Assembly: GCA_002269645.1 (NCBI GenBank)
Contig: NIVC01003456.1
Coordinates: 32,801-96,800 of the forward strand
Direction of reading: 5' to 3'
Source of the DNA: Macrostomum lignano
Lineage: Eukaryota
DNA: 64,000 bases
The translations under genes were made by a program, and so were the position numbers. This document shows, piece after piece, positions 17,771-31,296 of the stretch. How positions within the stretch are numbered: the first letter of the stretch is position 1; every line of letters starts with the position of its first letter. The notes under the pieces were generated by a model that saw nothing but the letters and a program-made list of their open reading frames with translations, did no database searches and was not told the DNA's origin.

Positions 17771-20214
17771 TTTTGGTAGACATTTTCAAGGATATAAATT
17801 TATACGTCATTTCACTGTACATATTCTTAGGCATGACTTTTGGACTTATAGTAAGCATATATAGTACATTATAGAACTGAACTGTATGGCATCTGCATTG
17901 TTTGTAAAAATGGACAAAAATGGACAGCATCAGCTTTTCAAATTATTACATATTATTATTAAAACTGTTTCTAATGCAATTGCAATTGGTAAAAGTAGTT
18001 ACTTTACTTAATAAACACTACTACTACAATATAGCAAAAAGGAACAACAAGCAAGGAAGCTGAAGTCTAGGAAATATTCTAGATATTCTAGATGAATCTA
18101 GTTTTATATTTTTCAAGTTTTTCTATAGATATCTGAGAAGTCTGAGTGCATTCAATCAAAACTACTTTCACTACTTGTTGCTAGCTTATTGACTTACTAT
18201 AAGTCTATAGTTGAGTTCCTACAACATTCATTTAAACTTTTGTTTGCATTGCATGTTTTTTTAAAGATATTAAAGTTGATATAGAAATGAAAGTTGCAAT
18301 TATAAATTTGTGTAAAATCCATACTTACAATGATGTCCTTTTGCCAGGAAAATTCTGATGCACAGAAGCCTTCTCAGGCTTCTCAGCACATGTGGCATAG
18401 ATGGCATAGTTGCAACATAGTGGCATAACATAATGCAGACTGTGCAATATTTAAAATGCAGCATATCAAATATAAAAGAAAAAGCATATTTAAATTAAAA
18501 ATCTATCTATTAGACTATGTTGGAATATAGTTTAAATATTTTAATTTTAGAAAAAATATATAGAGTTTACAATTTATTTTTTTGTCTTCATCACCTTAAT
18601 TTTAACATACTTTAGTAATTTCATTAGACAAATATAGCAATATAACTAAATATATATTTCAACAAATGTTGGCTTATAATAATATAGACTGGTGCATATC
18701 ATCATCCTGTATCTATCTATTATTTTTTATCTATTCTGTTTTATATTATATAACTAAATAGGAAAAGTTTCTATGTATGTATATATACGAGCTATATATA
18801 TAAGTATTGTATGTATATAATCAATTTTAAAAGATTTATCCAACCATTTTTTCAAGCTTGCACTTTTTAATCAAAAATTCTTATGAATTAGTACAGTTCT
18901 CTTGGCTAAAAGATTGCTCCATTTTAAAGGGATTAAGTATAAAAAGCATGCCTTTTTGCAAAGGTCAAGTAGATTTTTTCAAATTGAAATACATTATAAG
19001 AATGTTGGAGAAAAAAACTGACTGGCTAAATTTTTTTTTCTAAAAAGATTGCATCCTAACTGGATTGTAACTTTAACTTAAATTGTGCTACTGTGTTGAA
19101 AACACAGTGTGGAAAGATAGCACAAGACTTGATTTAAATGGAGTAACACATTGTTAACTTCAATTGAGACTGATACCAACTTCTTGAGAAATTGATTGTC
19201 AACTGCTTTGTGTGATATATTCTTAGCTTTGAGTATTGAAAGTGTTGAATTATTTTGAATTATAAGCGCTACAAAGATAGCCCAAAGGTGAACAGGCTAA
19301 ACTACTAATGTAGCAAAATGGGTTCAAATTTTCAGTCTAGAGTTTTTTATTAAAACTTCTTTACTGTCAAGAAACTAAAGAACACTTTAAAAGAAGCATC
19401 ATGTAAAACATTAAAAATGAATCAAGTAAAGCATAAAAGAAGTGCCATGTAAAAACCTTATATATAATCTTATTTACACTATTGTATACATTTTAGTATA
19501 GTGTACATCATTAGTATATACAACCTAGCACTTAAAGTCAACTTAAATGAAAAGTACACTTACACATTCAAATAATTATAAAAATGTAAATGGACCCAAG
19601 ATAATTGACAATAAATATATTGATTTTAAGCTCCAAGCTTACTAACAATTAGGTATCTTTTCTTTAGCTTTAATGAGTCCAAGGTACACCTCATTTTCCT
19701 TGACTTTTTCCTTGAAAATCATAATAAACTCATACTTAATATATTTAATTTAATTTGAATTGTTGAAGCCAAGTATTACTAAGGTACATAATCACTTAAA
19801 CAGAAATGCTAGTGTGCAATGATTCTTGCACCAAAATGTGAGTATCTATGTTTAGAAGTTTGGAACAATTCAAATTGATAATGCATTTGTAAAGCCCAGC
19901 ACAAAATACAACAATACCTTTAATATTGTAACTGTAGCTTTTGTAAGTTCTTCTTTTTAATGGATATTTAAAATTTATATCATATTAGCAATGTAGTGCC
20001 ATCCTTTGGGGTGTTCAATAAGCAAGAAGCAAAAATTACTCATGCAAATCTATAAAGAAACATTTTCTTGAGAAACAACTTTTTTGGTTTTATAGATTAT
20101 CTTATTCAAGTAAAATTGTCATAGACAAAGATGTTTGCTAGGCCTATGAAACTTTTGTTATCTAAAAGTAAATAAGTATGCAACAAAATAAAGCCTTCAA
20201 AAAGATAATATATG

Positions 20215-20575
20215 TTCCCCCTAAGTTGAAAACATTCCCCAGATGGCAAATATCACCTAGATAGCAAGCAACCCCAGACAGCAAGTATCTACCAATAGCA
20301 AGCAACCCTAGAAAGCAATCATCCCCCAATAGTAAGTAAGCATTTCCTAATAGCAAGCAACCCCAGACAGTGAGACAGCAAGTATCCTCTAATAGCAAGC
20401 AATCCTAGATAGCAAGCATTCCCAGATAGGCCTAGCAAGCAACCCAAAAAGCAATCATCCTTCAGATAAAAAACATCCCCTAAAAGTAAGTACCTCAAAC
20501 AACAAGCATCTCCCAATAGCAAACAACCCTAGATAGCAAGCATCCCTCGACAGCAAGCAACCCCAGACAGTAAAC
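20215..20575. repeat. Degenerate 18-bp-type minisatellite (GATAGCAAGCA.CCCC family), array 1
   Basis: Repeated TAGCAAGCAACCCC/ATCCCC motifs, related to the arrays at 27.6 and 28.4 kb. Confidence 0.85.
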
Positions 20576-22820
20576 AAACAAAATTATGCTTAGATTAGAA
20601 AAGCTAACATCCTATTTTAACTCTTTTTGCATGAATTGCAATATTTAACTATGAAAAATTAGCCTTACTAGCTATATAGTAGCTATAGCCTATACTTTAA
20701 TTTTTCTTCTCAAAAAAAAGCCATTTTGTCTGCTAGCAGACAAAAAGGTAGCAGACAAAATGACTACAACTGTGTACCTTTTAGCATAGGCATTATATAC
20801 ATAGTCATACTCATAGCTATAAATGTTTTTTTTACCTTAATACTATATGAATAATATATAGTATTATATATATATAATTTAAGATAATTAGGTTAATTGA
20901 ATAAGTTTGAAAACTCCTACAATTTTTTAAGTAAAGTAAATGTAGACTACAATAAAATTATGTGCTATGTTTTTTATGATTTACGCTATACTGATACATA
21001 ATTTGTCTTGATTCCAAGAAAGACACTATAATATTTTTTGAATAGAATAATTTTCTATGCCATGTATATAATTTTTTCTAGTTATATAATTTTTAAAAAA
21101 AATTACAAACTTATATAATATATAAAAATATACGCTTCTTTCTATAATTTGTTTTAATCTACATTTTTATGCTCAAAGTTTAATTGTGTGTGTGTGAGTA
21201 AAAAAATACTTCTTATATCACGTACATATGCAGCGCAGCCGCCAGCCAGACTGACTAAAGGTCTAAATGAAGCATTGATGTCTATCTTAGCTAAAAAGTT
21301 CTTGTGCAAGTGGTGCATACTCTATGACAGATTTGTTATCTAGATATTACAATACTAGACTCTAGTAGGTATTCTAGAGGCTACCAAATATAATATGGGT
21401 CCATAGCATTGACATGATAGACTGGCTTACCTAATATTAATAAAGAATAAAATGTCATATGAAGTCCTACGAAGAAAAAAAGGCACCTGTATATTAGGGC
21501 TAGGGAGCAGAGCACTGGCTCAAACTATCTGCTAGGCCTACCTAAGACGTATTTTATCTAATGACTAGGGGCCTAATATAATAAATACTTTAACTGTAAA
21601 CCTAAACTAAAAACAAAGTGCTTCAAAATTATATAGATGCCAATCTGATTTCAAACTCACTATCATTAATGCTCTATACACAAATTCTAATCGTTTAGCT
21701 TTAACATAGTTTTTAATTAATGGTGGAGATCAAATTTTCTGGCATTCTTTTGATTCATGATTATTTCAAACAGTGATAACTACCACTTAAAATAGTTGTA
21801 AGACATAAAAGCTGACAATAGTTTCAAATGAAAAGAAATCAAAAGTTGGCAAACTAACCTTGTTTATTTCAAAGGATAGTAAGATTATTGTAACTTATAT
21901 ATTGCTATTTTGCAGTCTATAATTACCTAAATATATATTTCCCATTAAAATGATTTTAAACCAAAGCTAGCTATAGGAAAGGCTATCAAATAGTCCCATA
22001 TGTCATTGTCTGTCAAGTAGCAAGTTTGAGCTAGTAGCTTATAATATCATCTTTGGTTTATAATTACTTCTACATACACACTTTACTAAAATTATTGCAA
22101 ACTAAAGCTGGCAATATTACATTTACTCTAAGTACATATGCATTACATAGGCGGAATAGGCCTACAATATTATTGTTAACCTAGTTTTGACTTTGGTTCA
22201 CGATCATTTTTTATGTGCCTTACACATTCAAATGATCATATACCAAAGCTGATATATAAGTATTATCCAAAATACCACACTTTCAATTTTGCATATTTTT
22301 TGTCAGCCAGTTTTGAACATGCCATTTTTGTGTTTCAAAAATAACAAAACTATTTTTTATACAAAGTTAAAGTATAGTATAGGCTCAGTAGCATTTTGCT
22401 ATAAGCTTAATATCATTTATCAAAAAATACTTGCAAATTACAATAGATATATTAAAAAATATAATTTTTTTAAAACTTAGAAAATTGCTAAAATTAGACC
22501 TATGCTTTTATATAACATTTAAAGTCTAGTTAAAGCTTTCATTGAAAGCATATTAAAAGCAAGGCATTTAAAAAATCATTTAAAACTAGGCCTATAGACA
22601 ATGTCAATTTTCTTTTTTGTAGTGCCTAAACAAACTTGGATTTTCTTAGTAACTTATTGAAATATATGTTATATGCAATTTTGGATCCAGGACATAACAA
22701 GATGCTTCTTGGCGACAAATGTTTTAGCAACACACAACAAGACATATCGGCAACAGATATTGCAGTAATTTAATTATAGCATAGTAGATAGAGTTCCTTA
22801 CTTTGTTATAGTTGTTTTAA

Positions 22821-25160
22821 CAGTAGAACTACCAAGAGGGGGGGGAAAATTTCCCCCCCCCCTGACAATTTTTTTTTGCTGCGCCGGAACGGAGCAATGC
22901 AGGCACACAAAATTCAAGAACATGGGCTAACTTTTTGTTGCGCACCTTCTCAAACAAGAATCAAGTCGCCAACCCTCCGGACCGTCGAGATATTCGACGA
23001 TTCTGCCAGAAGGTTGGATTTTTCCTATAAGCGCTAGTGTATTCAGTACACCCCTATGCGCCAATTAGCACTGCGCCTCAGTGCAGCCTTGCCAAGTCTC
23101 CAAATTTCATCAGCATGTCGACCACATGTGTCTGCATCAGTTCTGACTTCGTTGGTTACTGGCCTTCACCAAGACGGAGCTTCTAGACCTTCAACAGGTG
23201 GCACCAGGTGACTATGAACACCTTGATGCAAATTTCTCTAGTTTCACCGATCAAGCCTCGACAGTGGGCAAGAATCAACCGCCAGACATTCTCAGCTAGT
23301 CTCTCAAGACTTCCGTCATCATCCCGACGCCGTCGGCTCCTTCAACAGATTATACCAGGTGACTATGGACATCCTGTTGCAAATATGTCAGGTCTTTCTT
23401 ATCAAGCTTCAATAATGGGCAAACCTCAACCGACGGACATTGTCAGCTAGTCTCTCAAGCATTCCGTCATCATCCCGACGCCGTCAGCTCCTTCAACAGA
23501 TTACACCAGGTGACTATGGACATCCTGTTGCAAATATGTCAGGTCTTTCTTATCAAGCTTCAATAATGGGCAAACCTCAACCGACGGACATTGTCAGCTA
23601 GTCTCTCAAGCATTCCGTCATCATCCCGACGCCGTCAGCTCCTTCAACAGATTACACCAGGTGACTATGAACACCTTGATGCGAATTTCTCGAGTTTCAC
23701 CAATCAAGCCTCGACAGTGGGCAAGCCTCAACTGCTGGACATCCTCAGCTAGTCTCTCAAGCATTCCGTCATCATCCCGACGCTGTCGGCTCCTTCAACA
23801 GATGACACCAAGTGACTATGGACACCCTGATGCGAATTTCTCTAGTTTTGCCGATCAAGCCTTGACAGTAGGCAAGCCTCAACTGCCGGACACCTTCGGC
23901 TAGTCTCCTAAGCATTTCACCATCACCCCGACGCCATTGGCACCTTCAACAGGTGGCACCAGGGGAGTAAGGACACCTGAGCATGATTTTTCATCATGCT
24001 CTTAACATTTCTGAAGCTCTCAAAATTTTTAAAGCACGGAAATTGCTATAGTTAAGCTTGAACTCATGTTGCTGTATATTATATTATTATTACACATACC
24101 TTTATGCATACGAGCTACATACATATTTTATTCGAAAAGCTGTTTAGTTTATTCAACTATAATATTGAACCCAATTTTTATGCAGTAAGGGTTATGCTTT
24201 TAAGAAGCCAGTAAATTCAATCGGTTTTTTCATTTTTTTATGATTCAGAAATGTTAAGAGCATGATGAAAAATCATGCTCAGGTGTCCTTACTCCCCTGG
24301 TGCCACCTGTTGAAGGTGCCGACGGTGTCGGGATGATGACGGAATGCTTGAGAGACTAGCTGAGGATGTCCAGCAATTGAGGCTTGCCCACTGTCGAGGC
24401 TTGATTGGTGAAACTCGAGAAATTCGCATCAAGGTGTTCATAGTCACCTGGTGTAATCTGTTGAAGGAGCTGACAGCGTCGGGATGATGACGGAATGCTT
24501 GAGAGACTAGCTGACAATGTCCGTTGGTTGAGGTTTGCCCATTATTGAAGCTTGATAAGAAATACCTGACATATTTGCAACAGGATGTCCATAGTCACCT
24601 GGTGTAATCTGTTGAAGGAGCCGACGGTGTCGGGATGATGACGGAAGTCTTGAGAGACTAGCTGAGAATGTCTGGCGGTTGATTCTTGCCCACTGTCGAG
24701 GCTTGATCGGTGAAACTAGAGAAATTCGCATCAAGGTGTTCATAGTCACCTGGTGCCACCTGTTGAAGGTCTAGAAGCTCCGTCTTGGTGAAGGCCAGTA
24801 ACCAACGAAGTCAGAACTGATGCAGACACATGTGGTCGACATGCTGATGAAATTTGGAGACTTGGCAAGGCTGCACTGAGGCGCAGTGCTAATTGGCGCA
24901 CAGGGGTGTACTGAATACACTAGCGCTTATAGGAAAAACCCGACCTTCTGGCAGAATCGTCGAATATCTCGACGGTCCGGAGGGTTGGCGACTTGATTCT
25001 TGTTTGAGAAGGTGCGCAACAAAAAGTTAGCCCGTGTTCTTGAATTTCGTGTGCCTGCGTTGCTCCGTTCCGGCGCAGCAAAAAAAATTGTCAGGGGGGG
25101 AAATTTTTCCCCCCCTCTTGGTAGTTCGACGGGCGGAAAAATGGCTTGGTATTCCTACTG
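22821..25160. mobile_element. Foldback-type non-autonomous DNA transposon with ~0.9-1.2-kb inverted arms
   Basis: Left arm 22821-24015 is the reverse complement of right arm 24244-25160, with a 228-bp AT-rich spacer. Termini CAGTAG...CTACTG are flanked by TTAA on both sides. The arms carry 5 versus 3 copies of a 151-bp unit. No transposase. Confidence 0.9.
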
Positions 25161-25689
25161 TTAATGCATCACTAAGGACTAGGGGCCTTAGGCTACAGGC
25201 ATAGTGCTGTCATATCTACTTTTCTAAACCATGCCACAGTAAAAATTGAAAGCCATTATATTGTAATCTACACAAATCAAAATACCCTGCCAGCTACCAA
25301 AAATCAATTTTAGATACTATGCCAATGCAACATTGCAATGAAATCACTGGCCATGCTGTACACAACCTCCAATTTTGAACAAAGTCTTGTTCAAAAGAAA
25401 CAAGCAGAACTTCAATTCAAACACTTTAAGAAATATCAGCCCTTGCGGAAATTCAATTCAAACAGAGTCCTTTTCTATTGAAACAGAAGAACTTCAATTC
25501 AGACTGTTTGTGGCCAAAATTGTCCTTGAGTGATGCGCATGCACAGATTTGAAATTCAAAAGAAACAAAGTCACACTCTATTTCAACACAGGGATAAAAC
25601 ATAGCATATCGATAAATATAAGAGTAAAATGAAAAACAGGAACAAGACAGTGTTAGTTGGCCAACTTGAGACACCTAACCATCAATTGC

Positions 25690-26560
25690 CTGTCTACCAA
25701 TGCAGCGAGGTACGTATGTAAACACATGGTTTAATCACTCAGTGCATTTGTCTATAGAGATGCAGCCAATAGTTCTGTCCACCATGTTGTATAGAATATC
25801 TCACTAATAGGCCGCCATTGACTGATTCCCATGCTGCTTAGCTATTGGAGTGATGAAATTTTGCTGGTCTGCTGCCAGTTTTCTCTTCAGAGTGTCCTTC
25901 CAACAGGAGATTGAGTTCTCCACAGGAATCAAAAATGGACTGTATGGTAGAAGCCACTTGACCTGAATGGTGTCCAGAATCTCATAGGCTGCTTTTCCGC
26001 TCTCCCTGACCTCACAATCGTGTTTGCTGTTGTCTTCTTGACTCCAAGTTGGCGCACCAGTTCCACAAGTCATCCCCAAACAATCAGTAGCCCTGATGAT
26101 ACAGTCTCTGTCACTGTTGCTTAAACAATAGTGCACTGCCAAGACTGCTGTTCCATGATATCTTCATTGAATTCTGCTTCAAATTCATTGATTCTATCTT
26201 CTTCTAGCAATTCATTGTCTTCTTCAATCTGATCTTACAGCATTCATATCATTTCTTGTTGTGCAATGACTGTACAGTTATGCAGTATAGGGAAAACAAA
26301 AAAGTTAGATTAATGTACTAAAATGTACTTGTACCTATGTGCAAAAATCTCTGTCAAAATAGAATATGATTTTGTTTCTTTTGAATTTCTTTGGTAGACA
26401 CTGGAAATTCTGACACCGTAAATTACTGTGTCATTTTGTTGAGCTGATTACTAGCAGTAAGGTAGATGTTGCCACCACCGTAATTTACATATTATGGAAC
26501 GTTGAAGTCTCAAACTTTCTTTGAGTTGAGAACTTTGGGTTGTTTTATGCCCCATGGGCA
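25690..26560 (-). pseudogene. Decayed Tc1/IS630-like (DDE) transposase fragment
   Basis: DNSKHD ~ DNAxxH; LLPYSPFLIPVENSISCWK ~ LPPYSPFLNPIExxxSxWK; downstream YVPRCIGRQ-like end. Interrupted by stops and frameshifts. Confidence 0.75.
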
Positions 26561-27639
26561 AATGACTCAAAATAAAGCTATAGGTTAATATACGAACAGT
26601 TGATTATTAATTTGCTGTTTATTATTGCTATCAAACAAATAGCTAAAATATTAGAGAATGAATTGAGATGGCCTCGACTAATGGGTCCAGCGTGCCAGAT
26701 GCAGGACAACTAATTAAATCTAAGTAAAGGAGGAAAAAAAGAGCACATGAAAATACGGGCTCCAAACAGCACTGTATAAATAATAATAAAATTACATCTT
26801 GCCAGAGGGTGGGACACCTGTGGATCCAGTGAATGGAAAACGATTTGCCATCTTGGAGATCTTTGACTGGCTGCTACACAAAAATATTAGAAAAAAATTA
26901 TTAAAAGGGAAATTGCATCACTTGGGGCAGTACTTGGGGCATAGCATGGAGGCCATTACATTTGATAGGGCAACGATTGGGGCATAGCATGGAGGCAATT
27001 ATATTGGATGGAGAAGCGCCTAGGCCAATTAGTGGCGTGACATCAGGAGCTCACAGTGGCAAATTTCACAAAAACTAAGCAAATTAACGCAAAATATTAA
27101 TATTGACCTTAAGCAAATTATTTGACAAAAATTGAAGCAAAATTAATATCCTTAAAGTAAATCATGCAAGTGAATTAATGGGGGGGATTAACAGGGAGCA
27201 ATGCACAAATTAATTTGCCAATTTGATCAATCTCACTCAGTGGTAGATGCACTACCACACTACCACCTTAAAATTCTAAGAAATTATACACTCTTAACAA
27301 AGCAAACTTATTATTTATTGTTTTTAAATATTCTGGAATATAATTGTTTGTAAAACATGGTTAAAAACATTTTAGAATATTCTTGCTTATTAGCGCAGCA
27401 CCTCTTGATTTTTTTTCTTGAAATTTTTAAAACTTTTCAATTTGGACTGTTCGTCTGCGGGGCAGTCCAGTCAGCTGGCAGAATAATAGTCCAGTACCCA
27501 CAATTTTAGGCCCTACTAGCAATCTTTGCCCCCCCCCCCGATGGGCGACATCTTGATAGAATCTTTGTTCTTTACAAGTAACAAATAGACAGTGAAAAAA
27601 AAACTTTCATAAAAAAGCAACAAAATTGTCTCTAAAAAC

Positions 27640-27820
27640 AAAACATCCCAAGATAGCAAACATCCCCAGACAGCATTCAAGCATCGATCCCTAAAAAGCA
27701 AGCATCCCCCAGATAGCAAGCATCCCCTAGATAGCAAGAATCCCCCAGATAGCAAGCATCCCCCAGATAGCAAGGATCCCCAGATAGCAAGCATCCCCCA
27801 GATAGCAAGGATCCCCCAGA
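27640..27820. repeat. 18-bp minisatellite ATCCCCCAGATAGCAAGC, array 2
   Basis: Tandem near-perfect units. Confidence 0.93.
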
Positions 27821-28409
27821 CCCTATTGGAATAAATGTTAAAAACCCGCGGACGCGCGCTTTAGAAAAGAGTCAAACTATTTTACCGTGCTTTAGGATTA
27901 TTAGAGATGTTCCAAATGATCTGCAGTTTCGTCAAAATCAAAATTCGCTAACTTTCCAAAACCAAAATTGAAATTTCCCAAAATCATAATTCAGAAAAAC
28001 AAAGTTTAGCATGATCAACACCCACTTTTTTACTTTCAATTTACTGCTTAAGCAAAAAGTAATACATGTATATATAGTAGAAAGTAGTTTATTTTTAGTG
28101 ACTTTTTAGACAATCAAAATTTTCACTTCTAAATTTTTTTGAAATTGAAATTCGCTCTAAAAAATTCAAATTTTGGAAAATTGAAATTGAATTTTCAAAA
28201 CATCTCTAAGCTTAATAAATTACAAGTGTATAAGCCCCTTCAACAGAGGTATTATACCCATTTCCATGTATATGTATTTGCTAGAGCAGCAGCCAGTAAG
28301 AAAGGGCAGCGCGGGCGCAGGCGATGCGCCTGTGTGTGCGCTGCGCTTTAGAAAAAATTCAAAAGTGCGCCAGACACACTGTCTGCAGTTTTACAACTTT
28401 TGTTTGCAA

Positions 28410-28685
28410 GGATCCCCCAGATAGCAAGCATCCCCCAGATAGCAAGCATCTCCCAGATAGCAAGCATCCCCCAGATAGCAAACATAACCTAGATAAAAAG
28501 ACCTTATAGATATCTAGCAACCCCCTCTCAGATAGCAAGTACCCTCTACCCCCCAAAAGCAAGCATCTCCCAATAGCAGATAACCCCAGTAGCAAGCATC
28601 CCTTAGATAGCAAGCATCCCTCAGAAAGCAAGCATCCCCCTAATAGCAAGTATCCATCCTTAAATAGCAAGCATCCACCAGAGAA
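28410..28685. repeat. 18-bp minisatellite, array 3
   Basis: Same unit as 27640-27820, progressively degenerate. Confidence 0.9.
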
Positions 28686-28734
28686 CAAGTAGCTAGTGCA
28701 ACAATTTCCTTAGCTTTATAGTGGCTCCATTTTG

Positions 28735-29960
28735 TTTGGCATGACACTTCTTTTTATGTTTGAAACGGTGGCTTTTTTATGTTTGAAATGGTGGCTCTTC
28801 TATTTTTGACATGGTAGCTCTTTAATGTTGACATGGTGGCTCTTCTGTGTTTGACATGGTGTCTCTTTTATGTTTGACATGGTGGCTCTCCTTTGTGTGA
28901 CATGGTGTCTCTTTTATGTGTTTAACATTTGACATGAAGTCACCTAGATGTTTGACATGGTGGCTGTTTAATGTTTGACATGGAGTCATGTATATGTTTG
29001 ACATGGTGGCTCTTTAATGTTCGACATGGTGGCTCTTAAATGGTTGACATGGTGGCTCTTTTATTTTTGACATGGTGGCTCTTTTATGTCTTACTTGGTA
29101 GCATTTTTATGTTTGAAATGGTGGCTCTTTTATGTTTGACATGGTGGCTCTTTTATGTTTGACATGGAGTCACATATATGTTTGACATGTTGGCTCTTTA
29201 ATGTTCGACATAGTGGCTTTTAAATGGTTGAAATGGTGGCTCTTTTATTTTTGACATGGTGGCTCTTTTATGTCTTACTTGGTAGCATTTTTATGTTTGA
29301 AATGGTGGCTCTTTTATGTTTGACATGGTGGCTCTTTAATGTTTGACATGGAGTCACATATATGTTTGACATGTTGGCTCTTTAATGTTCAACATAGTGG
29401 CTTTTAAATGGTTGAAATGGTGGCTCTTTTATTTTTGACATGGTGGCTCTTTTATGTCTTACTTGGTAGCATTTTTATGTTTGAAATGGTGGCTCTTTTA
29501 TGTTTGACATGGTGGCTCTTTAATGTTTGACATGGAGTCACATATATGTTTGACATGTTGGCTCTTTAATGTTCGACATAGTGGCTTTTAAATGGTTGAA
29601 ATGGTGGCTCTTTTATTTTTGACATGATGGCTCTTTTATGTCTTACTTGGTAGCATTTTTATGTTTGAAATGGTGGCTCTTTTATGTTTGACATGGAGTC
29701 ACATATATGTTTGACATGGTGGCTCTTTTATGTTTGATATGGTAGCTCTTTTATGCTTGACATGGTGGCTCTTTAATGTTTGAAATGGTGACTCTAATAT
29801 TTGACATGGTAGCTCTTTCATGTTTAATATGGTGGCTCTTTAATGTTTGACATGGTGGCTCTTTAATGTTTGACATGGAGTCACATATATTTTTGACATG
29901 GTAGCTCTTTTTATGTTTGACATGGTGGCTCTATTATGTTTGACATATTGGCTCTTTTAT
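28735..29960. repeat. 23-bp satellite TTTGACATGGTGGCTCTTTTATG with a 184-bp higher-order repeat
   Basis: About 50 monomers. The variant monomer CTTACTTGGTAGC recurs at 29090, 29274, 29458 and 29642, exactly 184 bp (8 x 23) apart. Confidence 0.93.
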
Positions 29961-30007
29961 GTTTAGCATTTTTGTGTTTTTAAGGTGTTTTAATAAAAAA
30001 AAATTTT

Positions 30008-30072
30008 GCACTACTAAGATTCAAACCCAGGTTGCTAGATTAGCAGTCTAGTCTGTTCACATCGAGGCTGTC
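30008..30072 (-). pseudogene. tRNA-derived relic (SINE head or tRNA pseudogene)
   Basis: Anticodon-like arm CTAGA-CTGCTAA-TCTAG and T-arm CTGGG-TTTGAAT-CTTAG are present. D-arm and acceptor stem do not pair. Confidence 0.45.
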
Positions 30073-30511
30073 TCTTTTCAATTGGAGAACATGATTTGTG
30101 GCCCTTATAATTCAATACTTACAGCAAGTCGGGTAGAGTAAAAAGTTATGACATAATCAATTTCTTAGTTAGCCAGTATCAGTCTCAATTTAAGTTAGCA
30201 ATATTGGTTATGCAATTTCAATCAAGTCTTGTGTGCATTTCTTTGGCACTGTTTTCACCTTGTTGTGATGCAATCTATTTCAGAATCAGAATTCAAAAAG
30301 TCAGTTTTTTCTCTAGCATTCTTACATTGTATTTCAAGTCAAAAATTTTGCTTGACTTTTGCAAAAAGCATGTTTTTCAAATATTTAATCCCTTTAACAT
30401 TGAGCAATTTCTTAGCCAACATGCATGTACCATCCCAGGAAAATTTCTGATTGAATGGTGCAAATTTGAAGAAAATTGGTTTAGCAGTTTTTTCTGAAAA
30501 TAATTGCATAC

Positions 30512-31296
30512 GGCTCATTCCATATAAGCATGGTCGTAACATGACAGGTTATTTTTACTTATAAAATGAAATCTAATAATAGAATATACTAAACCAATAT
30601 TTTAAATGAAAGATTATTTTGTCTAGAATATATTTATAGAGTTTCATATAGATATCATCATTAGTATAGATGCTATTAAACCTTAAATGACACTTATGGT
30701 CGTAACGACAGGATTTTTGACATATAGAAACTAAAAGGTAAAAGTCTTATAACATTTTTCATTTTTGATATTTTGCAATACATTTTTAAAATTTGACTAA
30801 GAACATCTTTAGAAATCATACTCTTTTATTAGAATATATAAACTCAAAAGGCAACAAAGATACAAAAGAAAAGGCAGCCTTATGGTCGTAACATTATGGT
30901 CATAACATATTTTTTTCTGTCAATTCAGTAACTTTGAGGTACTAATACATTAAAAATATAATAGATTATTTGGTCACCAATGCTTTTATCTGATGATGCA
31001 AGTACTATACTTTTATCTATAGTTTGTTTCAACCTTCAAAAGCTTTCTATTTGTTTTTAAAAGGTACAAAATCTTAATGATGTCTTTTGCTTCGAAAAAT
31101 GTCCAAATTTTTACAAAAATGACTTTTTGCCAATTGATAACATACTAATCCAACATTTTACCATTCCTTTATTCTTAGATTGTATATATTGCACAATATA
31201 AACATTTGGTAAAAAATAGGCTAATTAGGCAATGGCAAGCAAAAATATTGACTTTTTTCTATTTTCCAAATATGTCCATCTTATATGGAATGAGCC
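30512..31296. mobile_element. Non-autonomous DNA transposon with 17-bp TIR and 4-bp TSD
   Basis: GGCTCATTCCATATAAG / CTTATATGGAATGAGCC; ATAC on both flanks; internal repeats of ATGGTCGTAAC. Confidence 0.8.

Noticed and set aside
23208-24749. Repeated 80-aa ORFs (MTMNTLM...)
   Set aside because: Products of the 151-bp unit (not a multiple of 3, with a stop in each unit) inside the foldback arms.
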